A stretch of 64,000 bases of DNA from the NCBI GenBank assembly GCA_965240325.2, contig OZ251223.1, positions 558,001-622,000 on the forward strand, read 5' to 3'. The notes beneath the pieces were generated by a model, which was given only the letters and a program-made list of their open reading frames with translations, was not told the origin of the DNA and made no database searches. The position numbers and the translations under genes were made by a program. Each line of letters starts with the position of its first letter. Positions within the stretch are counted from its first letter, which is position 1. The stretch comes from Rebecca billardiae RCC1528. Taxonomy: Eukaryota; Protista; Haptophyta. This document shows, piece after piece, positions 12,786 through 23,231 of this stretch.

Positions 12786-13234
12786 CATCGTTCGCGGCCT
12801 TGGGCCTCCGAAGGCCCTGCGTCCTGAGACGACGAGCGAACGTCGGCTTGCCTCGTCACTTTCTGATTCGGGCTTGAGTGGCGGCTAATCCAGGGCTCCC
12901 TGCTGGGACGCCTGTGCCTACTGGCTGATTATGGTGCTGTGGCATTCGTCGTTGCGTCACTCGCGACAGGGAATAACCTTAGCAGCATCAGCGCGAGTCG
13001 ATCAGCCAGATTTTGCTAGCGCTGATGCCGACATTTGACAGTCATCACCGTGATTCGTGAAGTGATGGCTACTAATAATTAGTAGCCACTTGTGATTGGT
13101 CATGCTGCACTTCATGAATAGGTGCCGACCCCGCGCCGCGAAAGCTCGGGGTCTGACTGCTCGAGTAGACAAGCAGCACAGCAGCACTCCCTGAGTCCCG
13201 CTCCGCAGCTGCAGTCGTAGACGCGTACTCGTAG

Positions 13235-14239
13235 TCAGTCAAATGTCGAGACGCCAGACGTGCAGGAGTCGTCGAACATGCACGCCCGGCAAGCGGGGTG
13301 CAGGCGCTTGCACTCCTCAACCATCATGGTCAGCTCTTGCCTCAGCGGACGTTCCAGCAAGTACTCCCATGGCGTGCGCGTGTGATGCTTCGTGGCGAAG
13401 CTGATGCTCACGTTCGCACTTCCGCAGCGGACGGCGCCTTCCCCGAGCTTTCGCGGCGCGGGGTCGGCACCTATGAAGTGCAGCATGCGCACAAGCTCGT
13501 CCTCTGGCCGCTCGAGCAGGGTCTCGTACGTGATCGGGAGCACGGGGACGTTGTGGGCACGCAGTTGCTCGGCAGCGCCGCGCATGCGCGTGAGATCCTC
13601 GCCATACATGCGCATCCGTGCCTTGATCCACCGAGATGTGAGTCTCCCGCCGGCAGTGCCATTGACGTTGACCACGTTGGTGTTCGCGGAGGCGATCGCG
13701 TGCGCGATCAAATTGGATCGTATGAGCATCAGCACGCGCACGCCGCGCTGCCGCAGCGGCTGTAGCCACTCACCGATTGGCCACCAGCCCTGGTCTATGT
13801 GCCACAAGAAGCCAAGGGCGTGTGCCGCGCCGACTGCCTGGTCCGCCTCGGCGCGCGTGGCGAACATCATCTCCTTATTCTCTTTTCTGAAACCCTGGCG
13901 CACGCAGGCATTCTGCTCTGTGAACGCTGCCGTGCCGGGCTGTGCGCGTGGGTCATCAAAGGGCGCGAGCCCCCAGAATCGATCCATCACGCCTAGCTTG
14001 CCCGCGCCGTACGCGTGATCCGCATCTGGCGCGTCGCGAAACAGGCAGCGCATGCTGTTGTCCGCCTTGGCGAGCATGATCTCGTCCGCCATCAGCACGC
14101 CAGGGCACTGCGACAGCAGCGTGCGCACAAAGTGCGTGCCACTTCGCTGCCTCGAGAGGAGCACAAACCTTGTGTCCTCCGCTCCGTCCGCGCGCATCGC
14201 GCGCGTCGCCACTGAGAGCACCAGCCACCGCCATAGCAT
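13235..14239 (-). CDS. Secretory-pathway sulfotransferase (Stf0/NodH-like)
   Basis: Signal peptide MLWRWLVLSVA; 5'-PSB loop FVLLSRQRSGTHFVRTLL; 3'-PB motif LIRSNLIAHAIAS; ITYETLL motif. Confidence 0.8.
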   Translation of the reverse strand: MLWRWLVLSVATRAMRADGAEDTRFVLLSRQRSGTHFVRTLLSQCPGVLMADEIMLAKADNSMRCLFRDAPDADHAYGAGKLGVMDRFWGLAPFDDPRAQPGTAAFTEQNACVRQGFRKENKEMMFATRAEADQAVGAAHALGFLWHIDQGWWPIGEWLQPLRQRGVRVLMLIRSNLIAHAIASANTNVVNVNGTAGGRLTSRWIKARMRMYGEDLTRMRGAAEQLRAHNVPVLPITYETLLERPEDELVRMLHFIGADPAPRKLGEGAVRCGSANVSISFATKHHTRTPWEYLLERPLRQELTMMVEECKRLHPACRACMFDDSCTSGVSTFD

Positions 14240-14445
14240 GGCGGGAGTCGCGGGACCTCGGAATTCATATCGTTTTTTTCCCCGTTTTTTTTCCTTCCGC
14301 GCGCGAAAATTGTGCGGGCTGCATCGAAATCGCTTTGTGCATTGTGCTGATGATGCGGAAACATTTCTTCGGGCAACAGAGGGCGGTTACTTCTGCAAGT
14401 CCTGCTCGTCGACTGCCGTGGCGAGCACAGAGCCGCGAGGGGGCC

Positions 14446-17400
14446 ATGCCGGCTCCGCCGGACGCGGCGCAGCCCGGCCTGGGCGCGGCCTTCAACCAGG
14501 ACTTCCAGGACGCGCTCACCGACCTGGCCGCCGACGCGCTGCAGCTCGACCCAATCGACGTCAGCCTGCTCGAGCTGGTCGCCGCCGGGCTCGCGATGCT
14601 CGGGGCGGACGAGCTCGAGCGCGCGACCGAGTCTGCGCTCGACCTCGCGCTGCCCGTGCGGCTGATGCGGCACGTGCACGAGCCGGGCGTGGCGCCGCTG
14701 GTGCTCTGCGTCTTCGCCAACCTCTCCATCGTCGACGAGGCCGCGGAAGAGATCGCCGCGTCCAAGCGCGCGATGCGCTTCCTTCTCAAGTCGCTGCACG
14801 CCGCCGAGCGCCAGACGCGCTCGTACGCGATGACGGCCGTGCAGAACATCTCGGCGAGCCCGAGCGGCTCGCGCGAGATGTTCGCGCGGCCGAGCGCGCT
14901 CAACGCCCTCGAGAAGGCCGCCGCGCTCGACGCCGACGACGCGATCTCGCTCACGGCGATCAACGCACTGGAAAACGTGACCATGCACACGCAGGCGGCT
15001 GTCGACGCGCGCCCGTCCATCGTGCGGCTGCTGCTCTGGCGGCGGAAGCGCTCGCGCCTGCAGAAGCGGCAGTCGGCGGTCGAACGGCTGCGCTCGCGCC
15101 AGCACAAGCTCGCGCGCGAGCGTGCCGCGCTCGTGATCCAGGCCGCCGCGCGCCGCCGCCACCGCACGCGAGCGCTGGCCGCGGTGAGGCTGCAGGCGCA
15201 TGCGCGGCGATTGCTCGCCGAGGCTGAGGCGTGGCGGCGGTACGACGCGCGGCTCGAGCAGGAGGCGAGCGTCGTGATCCAGCGCATCGCGCGGGGCTGG
15301 CGCGTGCGCCGCCCGCTGCTCGAGCAGCGCGCCGCTCGCGCCGCCGAGCACGCCGCCCACGCGCTGTCACGGGCGGCTCAGCCGCGCGCCGGCGCGCCGG
15401 CGCCGCCCGAGGTCCGCGCCGCCCGAGCGGCCGACGCCGGCCACGAGGCGGCCGTGACCGCGGCGCCGGCACCGGCCGTAGCCGCGCCGGCGAGCGCCGA
15501 GGCCGTCGGCGCGGACGGTCTCAAGCGGGAGGCGCGCGCAGCGACGCGCGTGCAGGCGGCGGAGCGCGGGCGCGGCGCGCGCGCCGATGCGTCGCGCCTG
15601 CGAACACAACAGCGGCTCGAGGCGGCCGCGGCCGCGGCGAGGGGCGCTGCGGACGACGCCGGGGTCGGTGGCACCAGTCCGACGCAGCAGCAGGCGCAGT
15701 GGCTCGCCTTCGTGCGCGCCGAGGCCGCCTCCACACTCACCGCCGCCGCCAGAGGCGCTGCCGAGCGTCGGGGGCTGGCGCGCAAGCGCGCTGCGGCGCT
15801 GCGTTTGCAGGCGGTGGCGCGCCGGACAGTTGCAGCTCACGAGCTGGCCAGGCGGCGCGGTGCGGCGCAGACGATCGGCGCGGCGGCATCGCGCATGCGG
15901 CTCGAACGCGCGGAGCGGCAGAGGCGCGCGCAGGCAGAGGAGGAGGCGGCGGCTCTGGCGGCGGCCGAGGCGGCGGCCCTCGCCGCAGCTGCGGTGGCCG
16001 AGGCGGCCGCGGCGGAGGCGGAGGCGGCGGCCAAAGCCGAGGCGGCGGCGGCGGCCGAGTCGGCGGCGGCGGAGATGGGTGAGGGAGCGCCGGCGAGCGA
16101 ACGAGCGCACAGCACGCCGGCGGTTGCGCCGCCGGAGGCATCGGATACCGCCGCCCACCTGGGCGCGCCCGCTGGGGCCAGCGAGCTGCCACCAGACTGG
16201 CGGCGCGACGGCGGCGGGACTGACGACGCCGCGCCGGCGTCGGCCCCTCGCGACCCTCAGGCTGCTGCTGCCGCGCCGGTGGTGGGCGCTGCGTCGGTCC
16301 CCGCCGGCGAGCCGACGGGACGCGGCGCGGCGCGGCCGGCCGCAGTGGACGAAGGCACGGACTACGAGCCCCCACCGCCCGCCGAGCCATCCGACTCTGC
16401 TGGGGGCTGGGAGCCCAGATCGCTGCGCTTCGAAGCGCCGAACGCGCCGCGCGCCCAGCTGGCGGATGCTGAGGCACAGACGAGCCCGTTGCAGAGTGCG
16501 CGCGCCGCGCCGCCCGCGGCCGCCGCGCCGCCGGCTGGTGCGTCGCCAAGCACAGCCGTCGCGGCGCCAGCTCCTTCGGCGGCCTCGCCCTCAGCCGAGC
16601 CAGCAGCGCCGCCGGCGGTGTCGCCGCCGGCCGCCGCCGAACCTTCGTCCGTTGGCCCGTGGGCCGAGGCCTCAACGGCCGCGCTGGCCACAGCCCCCGC
16701 GTCGGCTGAGCGCGAGCCGGCCGCCGCAACAGCCGCGCCGGCCGCCGCGCCGACGTCGACAGCGCCCGCGCCAGCGGCGGCAGCGCCGGCGCCCGAAGCG
16801 GCGCTGCTGACGGCAGCGGCTCTGCCGCCAGCGGCCGCCGTGGCTGCGCCCGCCGCCGCCACCGGCGCGGATGAGGCTGACCTGCGCCGAGCGGACGCTG
16901 GCGGCAGTGACGTCGCGAGCCCCGCTCCTGCCAGCACCGCCGTCGCGCCGGCGGCTGCCGCCGCCTCGCCCGCTGCAGCCGCCGCCGCTGCCGCCGCGCC
17001 CACCGCCGCCGCCGCCGACTCCGCCGAGCAGCCAACGCCAGCGGCCGACGGCGGCGCGGCTGGAGCGATCGCAGGCCCTGCCACCGCCGAGCCGGCGACG
17101 GTGTCGGCTCCTTCCGCGCCGGGCGCGCCCGCCTCGGCCACGGCCGCGGCTGTGGCACCTGCCCCTCCCGGTACCGCCGCGGACGAGGAGGATGCGCCGT
17201 CCGCAGACGGCGCATCGGCCACCGAGCCGGGCGCGCCGGCAGCCGCGGCTGCGGCAACCGCCACGCGCGGGGCGGACGATGGGGGCAGCGGCGGTGGCCC
17301 TGTGTCGGCCTCCGCACCCGCGCACGCAGCGCCGGGGGCGCCGGCAGCCGCGGCTGCGGCAACCGCCACGCGCGGGGCGGACGATGGGGGCAGCGGCGGT

Positions 17401-20400
17401 GGCCCTGTGTCGGCCTCCGCACCCGCGCACGCAGCTGACGCGGGGGCAGCGCAGGCCGCAGCCCTGCCGCAGCACGGCGCGCCGGCCGCCGCCACGCCGG
17501 GCGGCGCCGATGATCCCGCCCCTGCCGACTCCGCCACCGCCGATCCGCCGAGGGCCCCCGCTGAGACGTTGGTCGCAAGCGGCGATGGCACTCTCTCCAC
17601 TCCGGCCGCCGCGCCGAGCGCGGACGCGCGCGCTGAGGGCGAGGCGGCCGCTGCCGCCGGTGCCGGGCCGTCGGAGGCGACGGGCGCGGCGCAGGCCCAG
17701 GCGCGCGCGGCGACGGCGGTGCAGGCGCACGCGCGCGGCATGGCCGCGCGTGCGGCCGTGCGCATGCGCGCGCTCATCCTCGCAAGCGTGTTCGGCGCAC
17801 GCTGGGCGCGCGCCGCGCGCCGCTCGCGCGCCGCGCGCGAGCGCGCGGTGCGAGCCCTCGTCGAGGCGGCGATCGGCGGCGTGCTGCGCCGCGCGGCGAC
17901 GGAGCGCGCGGCCACGCGGCTGCAGGCGGGCGCGCGCGGCGCGCACGGCCGCGCGCACGCGCGCGTGCGCGCGCGGGACGCCGCCGAGGCGGGCGCCGCC
18001 GCGCTCGGCGCGTTCCGGGAAACCTCCGCGGTGCGCGTGCAGCGATGCTACCGCGCGCGGCTCTTCGCGTATCTCGCGGCGCTGAGCGAGAGGCTGCGCG
18101 AGGTGCGCGGCAGCGGCGTGCGCGTGGCCCTCGCGCAGCGCGCTCTCGAGGCCGCGGTGGCCGAGGCGGCCGACGCGGCCGCGGCGCACCACGCCGCAGG
18201 GCCCGTCGTCGTGATTGCGTCGGCGCGCGCCGAGCCGAGCCGCGCGCAGCACGGCTCGCGCCCGCCGGTGTGGGGGCTTCTGACGAACAACTGGGTGGCG
18301 ACCGAGCGCTTCGGGGAGGAGACGGACGCGTCGCGCGCCGCGCGGGACGAGGAGCTGGTGCACCGGCTCGAGCAGGCCGGCTCGCCCCCGCCGCCGCCGG
18401 GCGCGGCGTCGGGCGCGCGGCGGCGGCCGGCGACCGCAGGCCTCAGCGGCCGCAGCCGACCGCCGTCCGCCTCGGCCTCCCGGCTGTCGACCTACTCGCT
18501 CGTGACGGAGGGGGAGTCCGGGCAGTCCGGGGAGCGGTCGGATGGCGGCGGGGCGGGCGGCACGCCCGGCGTGGCGCACAGGGCGCGCGCGGCGAGCGCG
18601 GGCACTGCGCGCAGGCAAGCGGCCGTATCGGTTGGGACCTGGTCTGCGGTGGAGGCGCCGCTGCTCGTGCCGCCACCGTCCGGAGGCGGCGGTCGGCGTG
18701 CCGACGGCACCGTCGGCGGCGTGCTGCCAGCCGCCAGCGCGCCCCAGCCGCCGAGCAGCGGCTCGCTCCTGCCCTCGCCACTCGCGCTTCCCGAGCCGCA
18801 GGGCGCGGCGCAGAGGCCGGCGCCGCCGCAGCTCCCCGCCGACGGCCAGACGGCGGACTCCACGCCCGAGCGCGCCACGCTGCACACACTGATGGCGGGC
18901 GCCCAGCACGGCGCCGGTGGCGGCGGCAGCGCGGCCGCGAGTGCTCGCGCCTCCCCAGCTTACCCACCTCCGCGCTCGCGCGGCGGCGGCGGCGGCGCGC
19001 CCCGGGGCCGGTCGCCGCCGACGGGCCGGGCGGCGGCGCGCGACTGGCCCGGCGCGAGCTCGAGCACGTGTCACCTGCACATGGCGACAGCCGAGTCGGT
19101 CTATTTGAGCATGGCCGCGGCGCTCCCCGCGCCGCACGCCGCCGGCGTCGGCCGCGGCGTGCGGCTGCGCGGCAGTCTCGCAACCGACTCCGCTCTGAGC
19201 GCGCGCACCCTGGGTGCCTTCCCAGCCTCGTCGGCCGGGGGGGCCGCCGTCTGGGCAGGCACGGCGGCGGCGGCAGGCAGTCATGGCGGTCCGCCGCGCC
19301 GCGCGAGCAGCTGCAGGCCTTGGACCCATCACTCGCCGCCGCGCGCGCGCAGCCCGGACACGCTGAGCCCTGGCTCGCGGCAGCAGCGGCAGCGGCCCTG
19401 GACCTCGGCACAGTCGCCGACGAGCGTGCGCGGCCTTCGGGGCGAGCTTCGCACGGCATGCGCCCTCGCGCTCTCGCTACACCACTCCGACGGCACAGGA
19501 TCGCCCGGCCGCGCGCGCGGCCGTCTGCCATTGCTCCCGCGCGGGCAGTCGTCGCCGCCGCCCGGCCGCGCCACCGTCTCCGCCGGCACGGAGGGCACGC
19601 ACGGCAGCAGCCTGCTGGCCGAGCGAGCGCGCCGTCAGAGCCGCGAGCGCCGGCTGCAGCTCGCGACGATCGAGCCGCTCTCGAATCTGCATGTGCAGTC
19701 TTACCTGAGCTCGCTCAGCGCCGCATCCGCGCAGCAGGACGACGACGCGGGCGCGCCCGCGTGGTGGCTTGCGTCCAGCTCGGCCCTCTCCGCGCCGCCG
19801 CCGCGCGCGCGCGGCTCGCCGCATGCCGCGACGCCGGAGGACGCGCCGTCGCGCGAGCCATCGTCCGCCCTACTCAGCCCTCTGGACCGGCAGGGGCGGG
19901 AGCTTCTCGAGATGCTGCGCGGCGGCAGCGCCGGCGGCGGCGGCGGGGCCGGCGGCGCGGGCGGGGCCGGCGGCGCGGGCGGGCCGGACGACCTCGAGGG
20001 GCGGGCGCAGCGCGCGCGGCCGCGCGACAGCCAGCAGCCGATGCCCACCGGCAGGGCGGTCGTTGGCCCTGGCCGGCCGCACCGCTCCGCGTCTGCCTCC
20101 GCGCGGGCCGGCAGCGGGCTCCTGCCTCGGATCGAGTCACCGAGCGGCGGCGATGCGCGGGCGCAGCAGCGCAGGGCCGCCGCGCATCGGCCTCGCTCCC
20201 GGCAGCCCTCGCAGCCCACGCTGCCCCCGCGGCTCGGCCGACCGCACGACGAGCCGCCCTCGGCCGCCACGAGCCGGCCAGGCACGCGCGCGAGCCGCCG
20301 CCGCTCGCCGCGCGAGCGCCAAGCCGGCCGCGGCGCGCGGCCGGCTTCTCATTCGCACCTAGACCTGGACACGCTGCTTGGTGACGCGCACAGCGGCATC

Positions 20401-20976
20401 GCGGGCCGGCCGGTCTCGATCTCGCAGATCGAGATACGTCTGCGCGCGCGCGAGCAGCACCTCGCGCTCCTTGGCAGCGGGGCAGCCGCGGTGCCGCCCA
20501 AGCCGCCGCCGCCCCCGCCCCCGCCTGACCACGCGCGCGGGCGCGAGCGCCCACACCGACGGCGAGCACGGCCGGAGCGCTCGCTCGTGACGCCGCCGCC
20601 AGCTGCGCGCGCCGCGCTGCACGGCGTGGACGACGAGCCGCTCGACGCCGAGCAGGCCCACGAGCACGGCTGGTACCCGTCTGCGGAGGCGTACGAGCGC
20701 GCGCTCGCCGCGACGATCACCAGGCGCGTGCAAGAGCGGCCGCGCCGCGCAAGCCGGAGCCCGCGCGCTGGCCGCGCAGCGGACGGCACGCCCAGGGCGC
20801 GCGAGCACGGCGCGGACGACGGCGGCTTGCAGGTGCCGCCATCGAGCATGTCGGTCGGCGAGCTCGTGATGGAGATCAAGAGGCTGAAGGCAGCGCTTCA
20901 TCTGGCTGAGCGTGCGAGGGGCATCGCCGTGTCGGCGTCGACGGCCACGGCGGTGTTTGATACGGCGGCATCATAA
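14446..20976 (+). CDS. Large protein with an N-terminal ARM-like helical domain, multiple IQ motifs and Ala/Pro-rich disordered regions
   Basis: ARM-like helices (LCVFANLS, AMTAVQNIS, AINALENVT). IQ-like motifs VIQAAARR, LQAHARR, IQRIARGW, VQAAERG, LQAVARR, VQAHARG, LQAGARG, VQRCYRAR. ATG lies in a GCCATG context. A ~100 bp tandem duplication sits near 17230-17433. Confidence 0.7.
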   Translation: MPAPPDAAQPGLGAAFNQDFQDALTDLAADALQLDPIDVSLLELVAAGLAMLGADELERATESALDLALPVRLMRHVHEPGVAPLVLCVFANLSIVDEAAEEIAASKRAMRFLLKSLHAAERQTRSYAMTAVQNISASPSGSREMFARPSALNALEKAAALDADDAISLTAINALENVTMHTQAAVDARPSIVRLLLWRRKRSRLQKRQSAVERLRSRQHKLARERAALVIQAAARRRHRTRALAAVRLQAHARRLLAEAEAWRRYDARLEQEASVVIQRIARGWRVRRPLLEQRAARAAEHAAHALSRAAQPRAGAPAPPEVRAARAADAGHEAAVTAAPAPAVAAPASAEAVGADGLKREARAATRVQAAERGRGARADASRLRTQQRLEAAAAAARGAADDAGVGGTSPTQQQAQWLAFVRAEAASTLTAAARGAAERRGLARKRAAALRLQAVARRTVAAHELARRRGAAQTIGAAASRMRLERAERQRRAQAEEEAAALAAAEAAALAAAAVAEAAAAEAEAAAKAEAAAAAESAAAEMGEGAPASERAHSTPAVAPPEASDTAAHLGAPAGASELPPDWRRDGGGTDDAAPASAPRDPQAAAAAPVVGAASVPAGEPTGRGAARPAAVDEGTDYEPPPPAEPSDSAGGWEPRSLRFEAPNAPRAQLADAEAQTSPLQSARAAPPAAAAPPAGASPSTAVAAPAPSAASPSAEPAAPPAVSPPAAAEPSSVGPWAEASTAALATAPASAEREPAAATAAPAAAPTSTAPAPAAAAPAPEAALLTAAALPPAAAVAAPAAATGADEADLRRADAGGSDVASPAPASTAVAPAAAAASPAAAAAAAAAPTAAAADSAEQPTPAADGGAAGAIAGPATAEPATVSAPSAPGAPASATAAAVAPAPPGTAADEEDAPSADGASATEPGAPAAAAAATATRGADDGGSGGGPVSASAPAHAAPGAPAAAAAATATRGADDGGSGGGPVSASAPAHAADAGAAQAAALPQHGAPAAATPGGADDPAPADSATADPPRAPAETLVASGDGTLSTPAAAPSADARAEGEAAAAAGAGPSEATGAAQAQARAATAVQAHARGMAARAAVRMRALILASVFGARWARAARRSRAARERAVRALVEAAIGGVLRRAATERAATRLQAGARGAHGRAHARVRARDAAEAGAAALGAFRETSAVRVQRCYRARLFAYLAALSERLREVRGSGVRVALAQRALEAAVAEAADAAAAHHAAGPVVVIASARAEPSRAQHGSRPPVWGLLTNNWVATERFGEETDASRAARDEELVHRLEQAGSPPPPPGAASGARRRPATAGLSGRSRPPSASASRLSTYSLVTEGESGQSGERSDGGGAGGTPGVAHRARAASAGTARRQAAVSVGTWSAVEAPLLVPPPSGGGGRRADGTVGGVLPAASAPQPPSSGSLLPSPLALPEPQGAAQRPAPPQLPADGQTADSTPERATLHTLMAGAQHGAGGGGSAAASARASPAYPPPRSRGGGGGAPRGRSPPTGRAAARDWPGASSSTCHLHMATAESVYLSMAAALPAPHAAGVGRGVRLRGSLATDSALSARTLGAFPASSAGGAAVWAGTAAAAGSHGGPPRRASSCRPWTHHSPPRARSPDTLSPGSRQQRQRPWTSAQSPTSVRGLRGELRTACALALSLHHSDGTGSPGRARGRLPLLPRGQSSPPPGRATVSAGTEGTHGSSLLAERARRQSRERRLQLATIEPLSNLHVQSYLSSLSAASAQQDDDAGAPAWWLASSSALSAPPPRARGSPHAATPEDAPSREPSSALLSPLDRQGRELLEMLRGGSAGGGGGAGGAGGAGGAGGPDDLEGRAQRARPRDSQQPMPTGRAVVGPGRPHRSASASARAGSGLLPRIESPSGGDARAQQRRAAAHRPRSRQPSQPTLPPRLGRPHDEPPSAATSRPGTRASRRRSPRERQAGRGARPASHSHLDLDTLLGDAHSGIAGRPVSISQIEIRLRAREQHLALLGSGAAAVPPKPPPPPPPPDHARGRERPHRRRARPERSLVTPPPAARAALHGVDDEPLDAEQAHEHGWYPSAEAYERALAATITRRVQERPRRASRSPRAGRAADGTPRAREHGADDGGLQVPPSSMSVGELVMEIKRLKAALHLAERARGIAVSASTATAVFDTAAS

Positions 20977-21004
20977 CTTAGTAGACAGTAGTATAGGCGT
21001 ATAG

Positions 21005-21028
21005 TATATCATATATATATATATATAT
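21005..21028. repeat. (TA)n microsatellite in an AT-rich convergent intergenic region
   Basis: Seen directly in the sequence. Confidence 0.9.
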
Positions 21029-21376
21029 TGTCGTCATTGTCGTCATTATTTATTAATATACGACCTCGTCATCATTTATTATTGCCGGCCGCCATCGAAT
21101 CATCAGCACAGCAGGCATCATCGCTACTGCGACGCTGCGCTGTCGTGCATGAATTATTATTCGTCGATCGTCATCATCGTAGCTCAGATAGGCTGCGTCG
21201 TACGATCATCACTGCTACTATTATTATAATTATAAAAATACAGATAGATTATACAGTCGTCATCAGTGGTCGATCGTCGCGACTCGCGTACGTACGCGTA
21301 TAAATATTGTCGCGCGTGATTATTGCATCTGCTATACTCGAATATGAAGCCACTGCTCTGAGTCTGACGAGCTTAA

Positions 21377-23164
21377 TTAATCACTCGGCGGGACGCCCCC
21401 GCCCGGGCGCGACTCGCGGCGGTCGCCGCGCGCCGGCGGGGCCGTGAGCGCCGAGCTCGAGCGCGCCACCGGGATCGGCGTGCCCGCGGCGGCGTCGTTT
21501 GAGCCCCGCCTGCGCTCTTCTGCCGCTGCGGCCCGCTCTGGGAGCGGCGACGCGCGCGGCGACGCGCGCGGCGACTCCTCGTCGGCGAGCAGCGACCGGG
21601 GCGAGCGGAGCGGGGAGTCGCGCGGAGAGCCGCGTGACGACTCGTCGTCGAGCAGCGCCTGCAGCTCTGACGTGTTCTGCCGCCCGAGCGGCAGCAGCTC
21701 GGCGCGGTCGGGCGAGCCGGGCTTCCGCTCGCGCATCAGCCGGCGGTGCAGCAGCGCGCCGAACGAGGCGCTCATGAGCTCGAGGAGCAGGATGCTGGCG
21801 TTGAGCGGCCACGGCGGCGCGTCCAGCGCCGAGCTGCCGCCCACGGCCGAGCGCGCGAGCTGCGTGTACACCTGCCCCAGCGCGCTCGTGCAGCACGCGA
21901 GCACGAGGACGCGCAGCGAGAAGAGCAGGCCGACCGCGCTGCCGACGAGTGCCGGCTCACGCTCGGTCACGATGGCGATGGACTGCACGGCGACAAAGCC
22001 GCGGCCGAGCGAGATGAGCCCGCCGGGTAGGACGACGGTGAGCCACACCGAGTGCACGACGAGCGGCGTGATCGACGCCACGAGCGCAGCCAGCGCCGCG
22101 CCGAGCGCCAGCCGCCAGCCCAGCCGCAGCACACCCAGGTCGTCGAGCCGCGTGCGCGTGGCGAGCGGCGCCGCCACCGCCGTGCCCACGAGATAGACTA
22201 CAGACATGGCGCCATAGGTGGCGGCAAAGGCGGCGGCGGGGAGGCCGTAGTACGTCTGCAGCACGTGCGAGGAGGTGGTGCCGAGCAGGTTGTGCGCCGA
22301 GTACGCCGACGCCTCGACGCCGAGCAGCAGCACGAACGTGCGGTCGCAGAAGAGAGATCGCATCGCTCGCTGCAGCAGCCCTCGGCCAGCCGACGCGCCG
22401 TCGGCGTCGGCCGCGCTGGGCCGTCGGCCGTCGACGTCGGCGTCGGCTACGCCGCTGGCGCCGCGCGAGTGCGGCGGCGGCGAGGGGCGCTTGCGCACCA
22501 CCACGAACAGGCCGCACCCGCACATCCCGAGCAGCGCCATCGTCGCGAACGGCGCCTGCCAGCCAAAGTGGTCCGCCATGAACGCACCAATCACAGGGCC
22601 GATGACGGAGCTCGCTGCGCGCGTGGAGACGAGCTGGCTGGTGACGCGCTGGCGCGTGGAGCGCTCGGCGAACTCCTGCACGAGCGCCTGCGCTGTCACC
22701 ACGGGGAACGCCATCGCGCACCCCTGCGCCAGCCGCAGCGCCATGATCAGCCTGAGGTCGGCCGCGCCCGCGAGCACGACGCTGGCAAGAGTGTAGATGC
22801 ACAGCCCGCCGAGCAGGACGGGCCGGCGGCCGCACACGTCCGAGAGCGCGCCCGCGACGAGCTGCGCGACGGCGTACCCAGCGAGCAGCAGCGCGACGGT
22901 CTGCTGCACGTCGGCGATCTCGGCGCCCAGCACGCGCGCCATCTCGGGCAGGACGGGCGTGCCGAGGTCGATCGAGAGCGGCCCAATTAGCGTGAACGCG
23001 GTGAGGGCGAAGATCATAGGCGCTTCTCTCGCTGCCGCGAGTGGAGCGGGAGGGCGCACATCGTCCGCGATGGGCAGTAGGGCAGGTGGCGACTGCCGAT
23101 CGCTGATATTGCCGGACTGCCTCAGCACCCCCCGCCTTCCCCCCCCGGCGGTACTGGCCGCCAT
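21377..23164 (-). CDS. MFS transporter, Bcr/CflA (DHA1) type
   Basis: PLSIDLGTPVLPEMA; motif A GALSDVCGRRPVLLGG; LRLAQG; GPVIGAFMADHFGWQ; about 12 hydrophobic segments. Confidence 0.9.
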   Translation of the reverse strand: MAASTAGGGRRGVLRQSGNISDRQSPPALLPIADDVRPPAPLAAAREAPMIFALTAFTLIGPLSIDLGTPVLPEMARVLGAEIADVQQTVALLLAGYAVAQLVAGALSDVCGRRPVLLGGLCIYTLASVVLAGAADLRLIMALRLAQGCAMAFPVVTAQALVQEFAERSTRQRVTSQLVSTRAASSVIGPVIGAFMADHFGWQAPFATMALLGMCGCGLFVVVRKRPSPPPHSRGASGVADADVDGRRPSAADADGASAGRGLLQRAMRSLFCDRTFVLLLGVEASAYSAHNLLGTTSSHVLQTYYGLPAAAFAATYGAMSVVYLVGTAVAAPLATRTRLDDLGVLRLGWRLALGAALAALVASITPLVVHSVWLTVVLPGGLISLGRGFVAVQSIAIVTEREPALVGSAVGLLFSLRVLVLACCTSALGQVYTQLARSAVGGSSALDAPPWPLNASILLLELMSASFGALLHRRLMRERKPGSPDRAELLPLGRQNTSELQALLDDESSRGSPRDSPLRSPRSLLADEESPRASPRASPLPERAAAAEERRRGSNDAAAGTPIPVARSSSALTAPPARGDRRESRPGGGVPPSD

Positions 23165-23231
23165 CGCAGACCAGCTCACGAGCGAACGCGCACGCGATCT
23201 GCTGGCTTTTCCTGCCAAACAACGGCTGGTA

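Noticed and set aside
4540-20384. Numerous long Arg/Ala/Pro-rich overlapping ORFs
   Set aside because: These are shadow frames caused by the scarcity of stop codons at very high GC, and they have no domain motifs.
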